Shown here: piece after piece, positions 40,054 to 50,742 of the stretch
How the letters are laid out: each line of letters starts with the position of its first letter
How positions within the stretch are numbered: the first letter of the stretch is position 1
Assembly: GCF_001949145.1 (NCBI RefSeq)
Contig: NW_019091356.1
Span: 3,640,934-3,704,933 of the forward strand
Source: Acanthaster planci
Lineage: Eukaryota
Length of the DNA stretch: 64,000 bases
Direction of reading: 5' to 3'
Position numbers and translations under genes: made by a program
The notes under the pieces: model-generated
What the model was told of the DNA's origin: nothing
The model's database searches: none
The model's input: only the letters and a program-made list of their open reading frames with translations

Positions 40054-40938
40054 GTTTGATTTCCGGCCAATTTTGCAGCCCAAGTTGGCATGGTTGGACC
40101 TTGGTTGGACGTCGTCTATAGTCAGTCTTATTGTAAACGAAGACAATGTCCAACCTGGGCTAGCAAGTTTGTTAGCTAACCACATGAACCAGTGAAATAA
40201 GCTATTTTTTCAATTGTTAGTTCAGGCCTGGGGCAGGTCTACGTAATGGTGTTTAACCAATGATATGACTAACGTTTAGGAATGTTTTCCCTGTAAAAAA
40301 TTGAAAAGTTGACTCTCTAAAACATTTCAAGTAAAGAGTTCCATAGGCCTATAATGATATAGGCCTAGGGACAAGACAAATTTTCCCTTAAAATGTTATA
40401 ACAACCGTCGGAAAGTGAAAATGTCCTAATATGTGAAATTTAGCAAGGAACATTCTGAAGCATTTACTAAGTAAACGCAGGTTTTTAAGACAGGTCTCAT
40501 AGGTTTGTGCACAGGGGCATCAAGTGTTGTCTGTATATGGAACTCTTTCCCATTTGATCATGTGCTTTAGGACATGTTATTGCTCTCTGATGGCTGATAT
40601 TAATTGGAACTCTTGCTGACATCATGGAGGAGCTCATATTGTGCAACATTGCAAAGAAAAGTGTCAGTGATGTCCCATGAAATTCTTTTTGTCACTGGAA
40701 ATGCATAAGTTGGTCAAATTTACGCCACATAGTTTAGGCTTAACAAAGTCAAAATAGTCCTGACTACTATGTCCAAAGTGACTCAACAAGGAGCCCATGG
40801 ATAACGCTCGACCCTAGGCATGTGTAGCCCTAACATTGCTGACAGATGAAATAGGCTGACTAACTAGCATTACCAATAAAATTCTTGGGAATCAATTTTC
40901 AAATCCCAAACTTGATCTTTCTCGATTTTCCCAACCAG

Positions 40939-41056
40939 ATTCCTGAGGAGTTTGTAGGCAAACTGAAAACAGGCATATCCCACCTCTTGCCCCGCATGGT
41001 GGAAGGATTGAGGCGCGAAGACGACCACGATGACTCCATTTACACTGGAAGAACTG
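40939..41056 (+). CDS. LANCL2: LanC-like protein, exon 2
   Basis: Acceptor ttttcccaaccag|. Encodes IPEEFVGKLKTGISHLLPRMVEGLRREDDHDDSIYTGRT (LanCL YTGxxG motif). Donor G|GTGAGT. Confidence 0.9.
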
Positions 41057-41374
41057 GTGAGTCCTTTCAGGAGAACTTTTGGTTTACCGAAAAAAGTTGA
41101 AGAGGAAATATTGCTCATATCTTCTCATGCTGCATAAGCAGCTCACGGTGCACGTCGCTTTTACACTTTCCTGGTAATCTGCTTTCAAAGAGAATTAGGC
41201 CTACTTCTGGTGCAAAGGCCATCTGAAAACATTTCTGATAAGGCTTTCTTACACAGTTTTTTCTAAGATTTCAGACTTTCCAAGATGAGATGTGCAGATG
41301 GTAGATGGCTTCTTCCATTTTCCTAATAAATGATACCGGCAAAGGGCATATGAAATATGACTTGATATCTGCAG

Positions 41375-41582
41375 GTATAGCTCTTCTGTACCTCCACCTT
41401 CAAACCACCTTCCCGCAAGGTGATGACTTGGTGACGGCTTACCAACATCTCAAAGCTCCGCTCCAGAGGTTGCGAGGCCGTCGCCACACCTTCCTCTGTG
41501 GAGATCCAGGACCCTTGGCTGTCGGCGCTGTGGTGCTCAGCAAGTTGGGCCGAACGTCCGAGAGCCAAGCTTGCATTGCCAA
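41375..41582 (+). CDS. LANCL2: LanC-like protein, exon 3
   Basis: Acceptor tctgcag|. Encodes GIALLYLHL...TFLCGDPGPLAVGAVV, typical of LanCL. Donor AA|GTGAGA. Confidence 0.92.
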
Positions 41583-42012
41583 GTGAGAACCTTCAATTAA
41601 TTGCAAGTTGTGCGAGAAGAAACTTTTTTGTGTTTAACGTTTGAATTTCCAAGCTGTACATTCAAGGTTTAGAAATGAAAAAGAATTTGGTCAAAATTTC
41701 CGATCGGAGAATTGAAATTATGATGGCATACAGAAAAGTGGATCTGATCCTTGAGTAGTCGAGTGCCTTGAATTGGAACTGTTACAAGAAATGCCAAGAG
41801 AATTGGAAATTTACCAAAACTCAGGAGAAAAGGGGGCCCTTCAAATTTCTGATTCACTTTGAAAGGTCCTCAAAAAAATAGTGGAACATTCAACATTTCG
41901 AGGGAGTCCACGAGAAGGTTTTATGTTTTGGAACTGTTCCTGTTTCTAGAAAAAGTCCTGAAAAAGTCACTGAGCAGTTCTAGTTTCCAAATTTCCAAGC
42001 TTGATGAAAAGA

Positions 42013-42200
42013 AGTCAGGTTGGCATCGTGGTTCTTTCCTTCCCTTCCACCTCTGCGGTCCCGGGTTCGATTCCCGGCTCTGTCCGCATGTGGATTGTTT
42101 TTTCAATCCCTCCTGATTCTGTGGGTTTGACCCAGGATATTCCTCTGGGGTTTTCCTCCCACCACTAAAACTGTAACTGCTTCTCACTGTCTCCTTTCTA
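42013..42200 (+). mobile_element. Same SINE family, copy 2 (LanCL intron 3)
   Basis: Shares CCTCTGCGGT..GGGTTCGATTCCCG and ATATTCCTCTGGGGTTTTCCTCCCAC..CTAAAACTGTAACTGCTT with the copy at 7851. Confidence 0.75.
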
Positions 42201-42287
42201 CAAATGTGGGCTGTTTGGCAGCTGCCTGGAGTGCCCTTGTTGCAAATAAACTTGTCACTGATCATTTTCCATCTGATTTGGGTTAAG

Positions 42288-42570
42288 GTTACACGACCTT
42301 CACAGGGCATCCCTCGATCCAGGCCTACCGGATGAACTCCTGTACGGCTGTGCCGGATACCTTTACGCCCTCCTCTTTCTCCAATCCCGCCTCCCAGAGG
42401 CAGCCATTGACGGGGCAGTGGTGGAGCGGGTCTACCGCCGCATGATCCACTCTGGGGAATCTCTCTCCAAACGGGAGGGGTCCAAGTCGCCCCTCATGTA
42501 CGCCTGGCACGAAAAGAAGTACATTGGTGCGGCCCACGGACTGAGCGGCATTCTCTGCTTGCTGATGCAG
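42288..42570 (+). CDS. LANCL2: LanC-like protein, exon 4
   Basis: Encodes LPDELLYGCAGYLYALLFL...PLMYAWHEKKYIGAAHGLSGILCLLMQ, including the catalytic-His GAAHG motif. The acceptor is AAG and the donor CAG|GTGGGA. Confidence 0.92.
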
Positions 42571-42819
42571 GTGGGAATTCAAATCAAGCACACAACTAAT
42601 GTAGATAGGTGATCAGATTCGACTCGAATCTGATCAAAATCAAATTTTGATTTGATGTCAATATGAGTAGATCACACTCTGGCTTGCCAACATAGGAAGG
42701 CATTGACATTGAGTACACAGGTTGGCATGACAACAAGATCCTATCTGATTTTGATTTCACATTGGCTTGACTCATCTCCAGTTTACTGACCGCTCTCGTT
42801 TTCTCCCCTACTTTTTCAG

Positions 42820-43002
42820 GTAACAACCCCGTATGCCCAGGAGCACCTCCATTCCCACATCAAGCCCAGCGTCGACTACGTCCTGCAGCTTGCCTTCCCA
42901 TCGGGCAATTTCCCCTCATCGCTGGGCAACAACTCCGACCGGCTAGTTCACTGGTGCCACGGCGCGCCGGGAGCCATCCACATGCTTCTGCAGGCCCATA
43001 AG
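42820..43002 (+). CDS. LANCL2: LanC-like protein, exon 5
   Basis: Acceptor ctttttcag|. Encodes IKPSVDYVLQLAFPSGNFPSSLGNNSDRLVHWCHGAPG (zinc-ligand WCHG). The donor AAG|GTCCCC is weak but in frame. Confidence 0.92.
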
Positions 43003-43866
43003 GTCCCCGTTTCACAGTTCCATCAGATCGTTAGAACAAATTCGACAGCAAAACCACAGAAGATACAAACGGTAGTGATGAGCTGACTAGCCATGGGGTT
43101 TATCCACTCTGAGCTGAAGTGCGCCCTCATTGGCGAAAGAAAAACAGTCGGTACTAAGTTTTCCAACCGGGTTCTTGCACGCGTTTGGCGTGCATGCAAA
43201 GACCAGTGTGCTGTGCGTCAAATGTGCTTAAACATACGCACCTATGTGTTGAGTGCGTACCGAATGACCGTGACCTTCATTGAAAACACACCCTCGTTTG
43301 TGCCCGCTTGGAGTGGATAAGCATTATGCATCCTGTACCCACATGAAAACCCCATAGATTTGGATGTTTTCTTAGCGTCTTAGCTTCAGCGTCTCAGCTT
43401 CAATGGGCAAGATGAGTGGCAACCATAAGTCAATTTTTCCCTGTACCCAGGATGTATTTTGTGCACTGGGTACTGGGGAAAATCAACCAGTGGTCGGCAA
43501 ATGGTCACTGCTCAAACGTGACTACCGATGCCATTGCTAGGCAACAGAGCGCCCTCTCTTGTTCATGATGTGCGCAGTCCATCAAGAATAGATTCAGGAG
43601 GGGCCAAATCGAGGCCGCGATCCCCGCTCAAAACGGAGCTGAACAATTTTGTTGGAAAAAGAAATATTTTCCATCCTTTCCAAATGCATGCAAAAACCCC
43701 AATATGTAGGCTCGCCCCTCAGAAAAGCCATAAAATATTACGTGGGAAAAGTCTCACAAGTTTGGTTCCCCAAAGTTTATCTCTCCCCCCTCCCAGAAAT
43801 TTGCTTCTTAATCCACCCCTGCAGTTCATTGAGAAACAGTTGTTCCTCTTTTTTTGACCCCAACAG

Positions 43867-44043
43867 GTGTTTGGGGAGAACAAGTACCTTGAGGCAGCGC
43901 GGAGATGCGGGGACGTGATCTGGGAGCGAGGCTTGCTGAGGAAGGGGTACGGTCTTTGCCATGGCACGGCTGGCAATGCCTACGCCTTGCTGGCGCTCCA
44001 TCAGACGACCAAGGACAGCAAGTACCTGTACCAAGCTTTCAAG
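43867..44043 (+). CDS. LANCL2: LanC-like protein, exon 6
   Basis: Encodes VFGENKYLEAARRCGDVIWERGLLRKGYGLCHGTAGNAY (zinc ligands in GLCHG). Donor AAG|GTGAGG. Confidence 0.95.
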
Positions 44044-44171
44044 GTGAGGCGGGATTTGCTTTTGGTGTTTGGACTCTTGTTGCATATCAGGTGTTTGCCT
44101 TTAGGTTAAATTGAGTTTGGAATGGGATTGAAATATTTGGCTTTTGTTGTTTTTAAAATCTTTGTCGGTAG

Positions 44172-44244
44172 TTTGCCGAGTGGTGTATGGACTACGGAAA
44201 ACACGGTTGCCGCACCCCTGATCGGCCGTTCTCTCTCTTTGAAG
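44172..44244 (+). CDS. LANCL2: LanC-like protein, exon 7
   Basis: Encodes FAEWCMDYGKHGCRTPDRPFSLFE. TAG acceptor and donor G|GTAAGC. Confidence 0.93.
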
Positions 44245-44595
44245 GTAAGCAGCTGGGGAAACATAAGGTAGAGGGAATGAGACTGTCAACCATGCATGCC
44301 CTAGTGGCCGTGCGCACTACCAGTTGAGGGCGCTATTTTGTTTCTGACAACTGATGGCACGAAATGATTAAGATCTTTTCAGATGGTCAAGCTCATAAGA
44401 TCATTGGTGAAAGAATTCAAGTCATAGTCCTGATTATGAAAAGACATTGCTCCAATTAACTTGACCCTAACTGCATTGGCATTTCCTCGTCTCAAGAGGG
44501 CAGTGTGTAACCAAACAAAATGCCAAATATTAAAATAAGTGTACCAAGTCACATACCGACCAGCCTAAGAAAAATCAATTTGCCATTGCCAACAG

Positions 44596-44672
44596 GAATG
44601 GCGGGCACCATCTACTTCCTCGCTGACCTGCTCAATCCAGACGCTGCCAGATTCCCTGCCTTGTACATCTGA
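44596..44672 (+). CDS. LANCL2: LanC-like protein, exon 8 (terminal)
   Basis: Encodes GMAGTIYFLADLLNPDAARFPALYI*. The eight exons total 1218 nt (405 aa plus stop) with consistent phases. Confidence 0.93.
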
Positions 44673-45824
44673 GCTTAATCATCAGAAACCGACAGTCACA
44701 GCGCTCCCTTTAAGCAAAGAAGATCTACTTAGCGGACAGGTTTGGTAAGCTGGATGTAGCAGACTACCAGCCAAATGGATGTGGCATCATTGTATTTTTG
44801 TCAGTAACCAGTGCAGTAGTGACCAACTTGTTTATCAAGTTTTTCATTATCACATAGCTACTGCGCAACACCTTTTGCCAATCAAAGTAAAACCAACATC
44901 AGTGAAGTTTCTACAGTTGCAAAAGAACTTAGCTCTTTAACCAGGTCAGTTTGGAAACATATTAAGTGTGAATCTGTTGTTTTGCTCAGCTATTTTTCAG
45001 CTAAGAACTTCTGCAGTTTTACGTGGAGAGTTGTTTCTAATTACAGTGCCTTTACTATTAATGTTGAAAGTGATCTAGCATTGTTTTCGAGTGATAAACG
45101 GCTTTATGCATGACCTTCAGAGGGCGCTTCAAAGCTCATTTGAGCGTGGCCAGGACTTGTATGTAAGTTATCCAATGCCAGGCGTATCACTTCATACTTA
45201 ACACGAAAAAAATTGCTTTTCCAGCAAATTGTTTATCGGACTGGCTGTGGCTAAGTAGGGGGAGGGGCAAATGACTTTCAGAAATGGGCGGGGCTTGGGA
45301 TTCCCATTTACTTTCAGGTATGTTCGTTGTTGCTCATTTTTTAAATACTCTGACGACAAAAAGAGAAACAGTCTGCCAACCCTTTCTTTCCAAAGCTTGT
45401 CATATTTTCCCTGAGCAATCAGGCTTTATTTCCTGCAGAAGAATTTAAGAATTTAACATACTTGGTGTCCGCAGAGAAAAGTTGGAATATCCCTATAGCC
45501 CATGTCGAGTTATTTCCTAAAATGAGTTACAAAAATAATCGTCATTTACTGACACTATGATTGGGATTCGAAAAGACTATCTAATGTCCACATTGTTTTG
45601 GACCAGTTCTTGCCAAGAAATAAAAGAAGCAGCCATTTAACCTGTCAGACAAACCTATTTTGACTTTGGATCTTCATTTGAGCTGCTTGGTTCAGGCATG
45701 AAATGTCAAAATTATGTGCAAATAGTAATTATGATGCCTGACTTATCCTAAAGAAAAACCCAATTGACACAAAAACCTGATTACCCAATTGTCTTCCTCT
45801 CCTATCCCCCAAACCTAAGTTGAC

Positions 45825-45922
45825 CTTCGCCGCCCATCCATCAGAATTCCTTTCACTACAGGAAGAAGTACGTTGATTCAAAGTATAAATGTATTGGCAG
45901 AGCGTGCCAGCAAATGTCATAA
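45825..45922 (-). CDS. Possible further exon of the discoidin gene
   Basis: The pyrimidine-rich acceptor tttctcattttcaaag| is phase-compatible with the 46549 donor, giving VMTFAGTLCQYIYTLNQRTSSCSERNSDGWAAK. No homology is recognised. Confidence 0.3.
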
Positions 45923-46444
45923 CTTTGAAAATGAGAAAGAAATTTGTAGTTTGCTTGAAAGAACGAATTTGCCTTCATTGATGTTTTAATTCACTTGCTG
46001 CTTATGTACCTATTTCATGTACATTTATCGTTACTGCAAAAAGGAGAAATACCTCACTCAAGATACCTGCATAAATTACTAGTCTTAAGATAATATTTTT
46101 GAAAGATATTCTTTCCTGCCAGCAAGATCTTTCCCTTGCTTTTTACTTCTGCCAGCACTCTTCACAACCTGTGAATGAATCAGAAATTGGATTAGTGTTC
46201 TGTGACTTTATGGCAGGTTGGTTGAAGTGACAAAGAACGTTTATGGCATTCTTGACTTTGATGTGAACCAGGGCAAACTTTGTGGGAGGTCACATGTGAA
46301 AACAAACTGAGTTTCATTTCTGCTGGGATGTACAAGTGCGATTGTACATAGTTTGGACTTGAACAGAGTCTAGCCAATAAGGTTCATTTAAATGAATACT
46401 GGAAAGAACCAATTCGGAGTTCAGTAACTTGGACAGACATTGAA

Positions 46445-46684
46445 TCAGAACACAAAGTTATAAGTTGCTGGATTTGCTGAAACTAAAGGAGTTAATTTTA
46501 GGGCTTGGTCTGGACTCGAATCCCAGATGATCAAATTCGCATCTTTACCTCCTCCAAATATCTCTAGCCTCATAGCAATAACTCCTTGCCATTTGACAGG
46601 GAGAATGCGGATGTAATCAGCCAAAACTGCTGGGCGGAAGTCATTAATCTTTGGGGTAGAGTTGTCAATGTTACCATCGAAGAT
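46445..46684 (-). CDS. Discoidin domain protein, exon 4 (3' end uncertain; may splice at 46549)
   Basis: Encodes IFDGNIDNSTPKINDFRPAVLADYIRILPVKWQGVIAMRLEIFG, the C-terminal half of FA58C. It either reads on to the stop at 46445 or uses donor G|GTAAAG at 46549/46548. Confidence 0.8.
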   Translation of the reverse strand: MFDGNIDNSTPKINDFRPAVLADYIRILPVKWQGVIAMRLEIFGGGKDANLIIWDSSPDQALKLTPLVSANPATYNFVF

Positions 46685-47004
46685 CTTGAAAAAGAAAATC
46701 ACGAAAGTAACTGCAAATGACCAGTCTTCCATAAACTGTTATGATATCTTTATTCACGTACATTAGTTTCAAAAAGAAAAAAGCTGACAGTTAAAAACTT
46801 TGTTTTATTTGGCAATGATTTTGTTTTCTGAGAGCTCTATTTGATTGGTCAAAACGTTTGACCAATGAGCAACTAAGATATACTGGAATCATTGTGTGCA
46901 TTTTGTGCACCCTGCTCATTGGTCAAATTGTCTCTTTATATTAAATGTTTGTTGACCAATCACATAGCCACTCGGCGACCCCGCTGTATGTACCCGATAC
47001 CAAC

Positions 47005-47151
47005 CTTTGGCTGGCTGTGCATATCCAGAATACACGACCAGTGCTCGCCCTCCGGTTTGTACTTAACCTTGTACTCAGTCACGTAGTATTCGTTGTCGGC
47101 ACTGCCCTGCGTGAGAACCCCGGTGACGTATATTGTCCATGGCAGACGAAC
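47005..47151 (-). CDS. Discoidin domain protein, exon 3
   Basis: Encodes VRLPWTIYVTGVLTQGSADNEYYVTEYKVKY..W (FA58C VTGVxTQG and YVTxYKxxY motifs). The exon is 147 nt, phase 0-0. Confidence 0.9.
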
Positions 47152-47984
47152 CTTGAGAAAGGACGAAAAGTGGTGAAGGAAAAACCAACAGTTAAATTGT
47201 TAAAGTGCATCGGGCAAAGAATTTTTCTTCGATACATTTTTTCCGGCAACTTTTTACTCATCTTCAATGTGTGAAGTTTCCTTTGCATTCATGTTTGGTT
47301 AAATGCTTTGAAAAGTGCACTTTTTGAAACTTTTAAAATCATCCGCGCTTTCCTGGACTTACTGAAAGTATTGATGCTTCCTCATTGCTTTGCACATAAA
47401 CAACAAGGAATCAGCAAAGAAGACAACATTTAGTCCAGCAAAATCTACAAAAAATGCAATACTTTCTTGTGTACAAACCAATGTAACCATGGGTGTAACA
47501 TATACACTTTCTTCCTAGGATCACATCAGAGTTTTGCTCATGAATATGGACACACTCATAAGCATAAAACAAAAAAGGCAGTAAAATAACCTTTGAAATA
47601 GTGAAAGTTGAAATTCAAACTTTGGTATTCAAACTCAGTGTAATATAAAAAAAGAAGCCAAAACTGCATAAAGACAACGTTAAATGTATTGGACTGCAAG
47701 GAGTTCCTGGTTTCATCTTGTGCTCATACCTCCTACAAACTGAGGTCAGCTGAACCAGATTTATTTGGTTTGACCATGAATTTGCTGCATTCAACCTGAT
47801 CGAGTAGCCTACACTACGTTGTCACTATACCGACATCGTTCAGGTAAACTGGTTTGATGTGGTTTGTATACGATAATGATTAGTTTAACTACGTTGATTT
47901 GTGGACCTATGTAAACTCATCCTGTTTCAGCAGGTTGGGCAAAGGTAGTTTTTGTCAGTTAAACCGGTTTGAACTGGCTAGTAC

Positions 47985-48166
47985 CTGTATCCACTGGTCG
48001 ATGTCGCTCACCTCAGCTACCCAGCCTCCTAGGCCAGCGTTGAATCGGGCCATGCGAGGCTCGTACCCTGACAGGTAGCCGGAAGCTCTGAAATTCTCAT
48101 CAGATATCTCGCTACCGAGAGCATGGCCGCATACGTCACCGTAGATCTTGGACAAATCAGTAAACT
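47985..48166 (-). CDS. Discoidin domain protein, exon 2
   Basis: Polypyrimidine tract plus AG acceptor. Encodes VCGHALGSEISDENFRASG...PRMARFN...GGWVAEVSDIDQWIQ, the N-terminal half of FA58C (CxxxLG, IxDxxxxAS, ARL/F, W, QWIQ). Confidence 0.88.
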
Positions 48167-48512
48167 CTTGGAAGACAGGATGGAGAAAATATGAAGTTTT
48201 AGCTTTTTGTTACGAAAGATGTCAGTTGAATATATTTACATTTTTCTGTACAATTGTTTCTTTTAATGTTCCTGTCGATGGGTATGGAATGTTTTGATAA
48301 ATTTCGATAGATAACCGTTTCACGGGAATATCTGTTGAAGTTATCTGAAGTTGCATTTTTCTGTAAGACCCGGTACCAAACTGAATTGTTAGGTAATTTG
48401 AATGAAAAGTGTTGGCATCAACAGACAAAAAATGATCAGGATAACGAACAGAAAAAAAATTAACTGGCACCACATTATTCACATCAAATTCCACTTAATG
48501 TTATTTTTATAC

Positions 48513-48603
48513 CGGGACTGAGACTCCGGGAGGCACATCCCGAGAACCCGACAAATAGCAGCAGGAAAGGGCCGACCCGTGCCGTGAGCACCGGCAACAT
48601 CAT
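48513..48603 (-). CDS. Secreted discoidin (F5/8 type C) domain protein, exon 1 (signal peptide)
   Basis: Encodes MMLPVLTARVGPFLLLFVGFSGCASRSLSP, a hydrophobic signal-like leader. The donor G|GTATAA (phase 1) matches the next exon. Confidence 0.75.
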
Positions 48604-49739
48604 TGATGGTCCCCGCTAGCAGTTTTTACTTTTCCTGTTGAACCTCCAGCCCTTTTGGAATCTTCCTGAGTTAATGATGGACCAAACATTTATGCAGTTT
48701 GAGTTTTAATTAAACAACCAAATGTTTATATACCTAGCAGTCTTATTCTTATATCGTGTTATTTGGTGTTCATACTTTGGTATAAATGCACATCTGAAAT
48801 TTCTCGTGGTTTTTACCATTTGAAATATATTGCACATCAAATTTGTATCAAAAGTTCCCGGGCTGCTAGCAGTACGCATGCGGCCCATGTCATTTTCAGC
48901 TTGCCCGCGGAACGGAGACACTTCGGTGAGAATGAGGGGACAACTTTCCCTCACAGCAAGATTTGGCCGTTTCTGAGGAAAAACAACTTGAGGAAGCTAC
49001 GGCATGATGCAGTTTCCCGAGGACTTTGCTTGAACTTCGTTTAAAATTTCACGGTTCATTAGAGAACCCAATGTAGGCATCACTGCGTGCTATAAGAGTT
49101 CCTACAAGAACTGCCGGAGAAACTTGCCTGCAAAAAACATGTTTAATGTGACGTTGAGACCTTCCAAGCGTTTTAAAATGTTCGCCTAGAAGCCTGCCTA
49201 TAAATGTTGGGCATTTTGGACCCTGCCTATACGCCCTCATCGGTACAGGTATCTCTTCCTAGGGTAATTTTTTTCACGTCTGGTGGAAATTCTCCCATTT
49301 GTCTTGAACATGCATAGTTGAAGATTTACCATCCACATCGCCTTTAACACACTTATAGGGACGACTGTTAATTTGGGTGCAATTTCAAACTAAGGTGGAG
49401 ATGGTTAAAAATAAACCCTTTCATTTGAAGAGACTGAAAAATAATTTTGAAGAACCTACCAGATTCGTTGATTCCCTGGATAAACTCAGTCCTCGTTAAT
49501 GCTAACCACTTAGTACAACTGATTTTTTTTGCATATGTTGATATTTTTGATAAATCTCTGCACGTATTTTATTCCGCACGAGCCCTTTGATCGATAGTAT
49601 CGGGAAAAGTTGACATCTGGCGTGGTTATAATGATCGATAGTTTGTGTATACAGAACCATAACATTCATATCCAGGTATCGATTTTTTTGTACTCAGCAG
49701 GGAAGTTTTCAAAGGCATATTTAGATATTCAAAGCGCGC

Positions 49740-50742
49740 TCGTGATGTCACTGTGGAGCTAGTATTACGGTCAGAATGGGCGGAGCAAGCAGGGATAGGA
49801 GGGGGTACTTTTCACATCTTAATTCAGAGTTCAGAGTCTAACTTTAGTGCATTTCGCTTAAACCTATCATGGTGCCTGAGTTTAGTTAGCGACAAATGTT
49901 TTGATATAGAAATAAAATAGAAATAAAAGGAACTTCGGACCATGGAGGTCCTCTATGTTCGGACAAAGATAAGTGCCAAATTAAAAAATATGAGTCATTT
50001 AGCTCGTGATGGCCGCGTCTAAACACAGCTGCAAATAAGAGATATCCCTAGGAAAAGCGTGAAGCCGTTATCCAATGATCTTTGGGGATACTACCAATTT
50101 CATTGATAATTATTTAAATTAATGAGCCATTGATGAACGTGTCATACTCTCAGCCAATCACTGGACGGAACGCCGACTACCGACAACTAGCTGTGCCGTA
50201 ATTTTTCCCTGCGCTCGCGGAACAAAAGATTTACTTTTTGATATTTTATCGATAATGTGTTGGGAATTCCCTCCTTTCATTCATTCATTTCAGATATTTT
50301 CCACGTAACTGATGATTTTAAGATACTTTGATAACAGCACAGTAAAATGTACTCATATCCATCAGCAATTTAGATTTTTCTCGTAAAAAATGTGCGAACG
50401 AGTTGTTTTCGGCTTGAAAACGTTTCGCAAAGACATCGCTTGAGGGCTCTCTACAGACCACCGACAGCGATCCGGCCCATGTCCGAATGTACTTCCGGTA
50501 TGCACAATGCATACGCATATCGCTAGATCAGCACATCAAATCGTATGACACCAACGGTGCGGTGACAGCTCGCTTCCCGGGTATTGTCGCACTCACTTTC
50601 GTGTGGCAAGTTTGTCCCCAAATTTTGTTGGCATTTTTAGACCCTTTAAATGAAATGTTACTCACAATTCCTAGCCAGTGGTGGACGGTAGTCCTTGGAT
50701 TTAACTCAGTATCGCTATCATGGATTATCACGGTCAGAAAAG
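49740..50742. promoter_or_regulatory. CpG-rich divergent promoter region between the discoidin gene (-) and FMNL (+), with a probable non-coding first exon of FMNL
   Basis: GC box GGGCGGAG near 49778, CCAAT boxes near 50072, 50094 and 50155, and TATCGATA at 50247-50254. A strong donor AAG|GTAAGT at 50742/50743 could pair with the acceptor tctctctcag| at 52300. Confidence 0.5.

Noticed and set aside
39955..44672. LanC as part of a bacterial lanthipeptide cluster or a horizontal transfer
   Set aside because: The gene has seven spliceosomal introns and animal LANCL1/2-like sequence, with no LanB or precursor peptide nearby.
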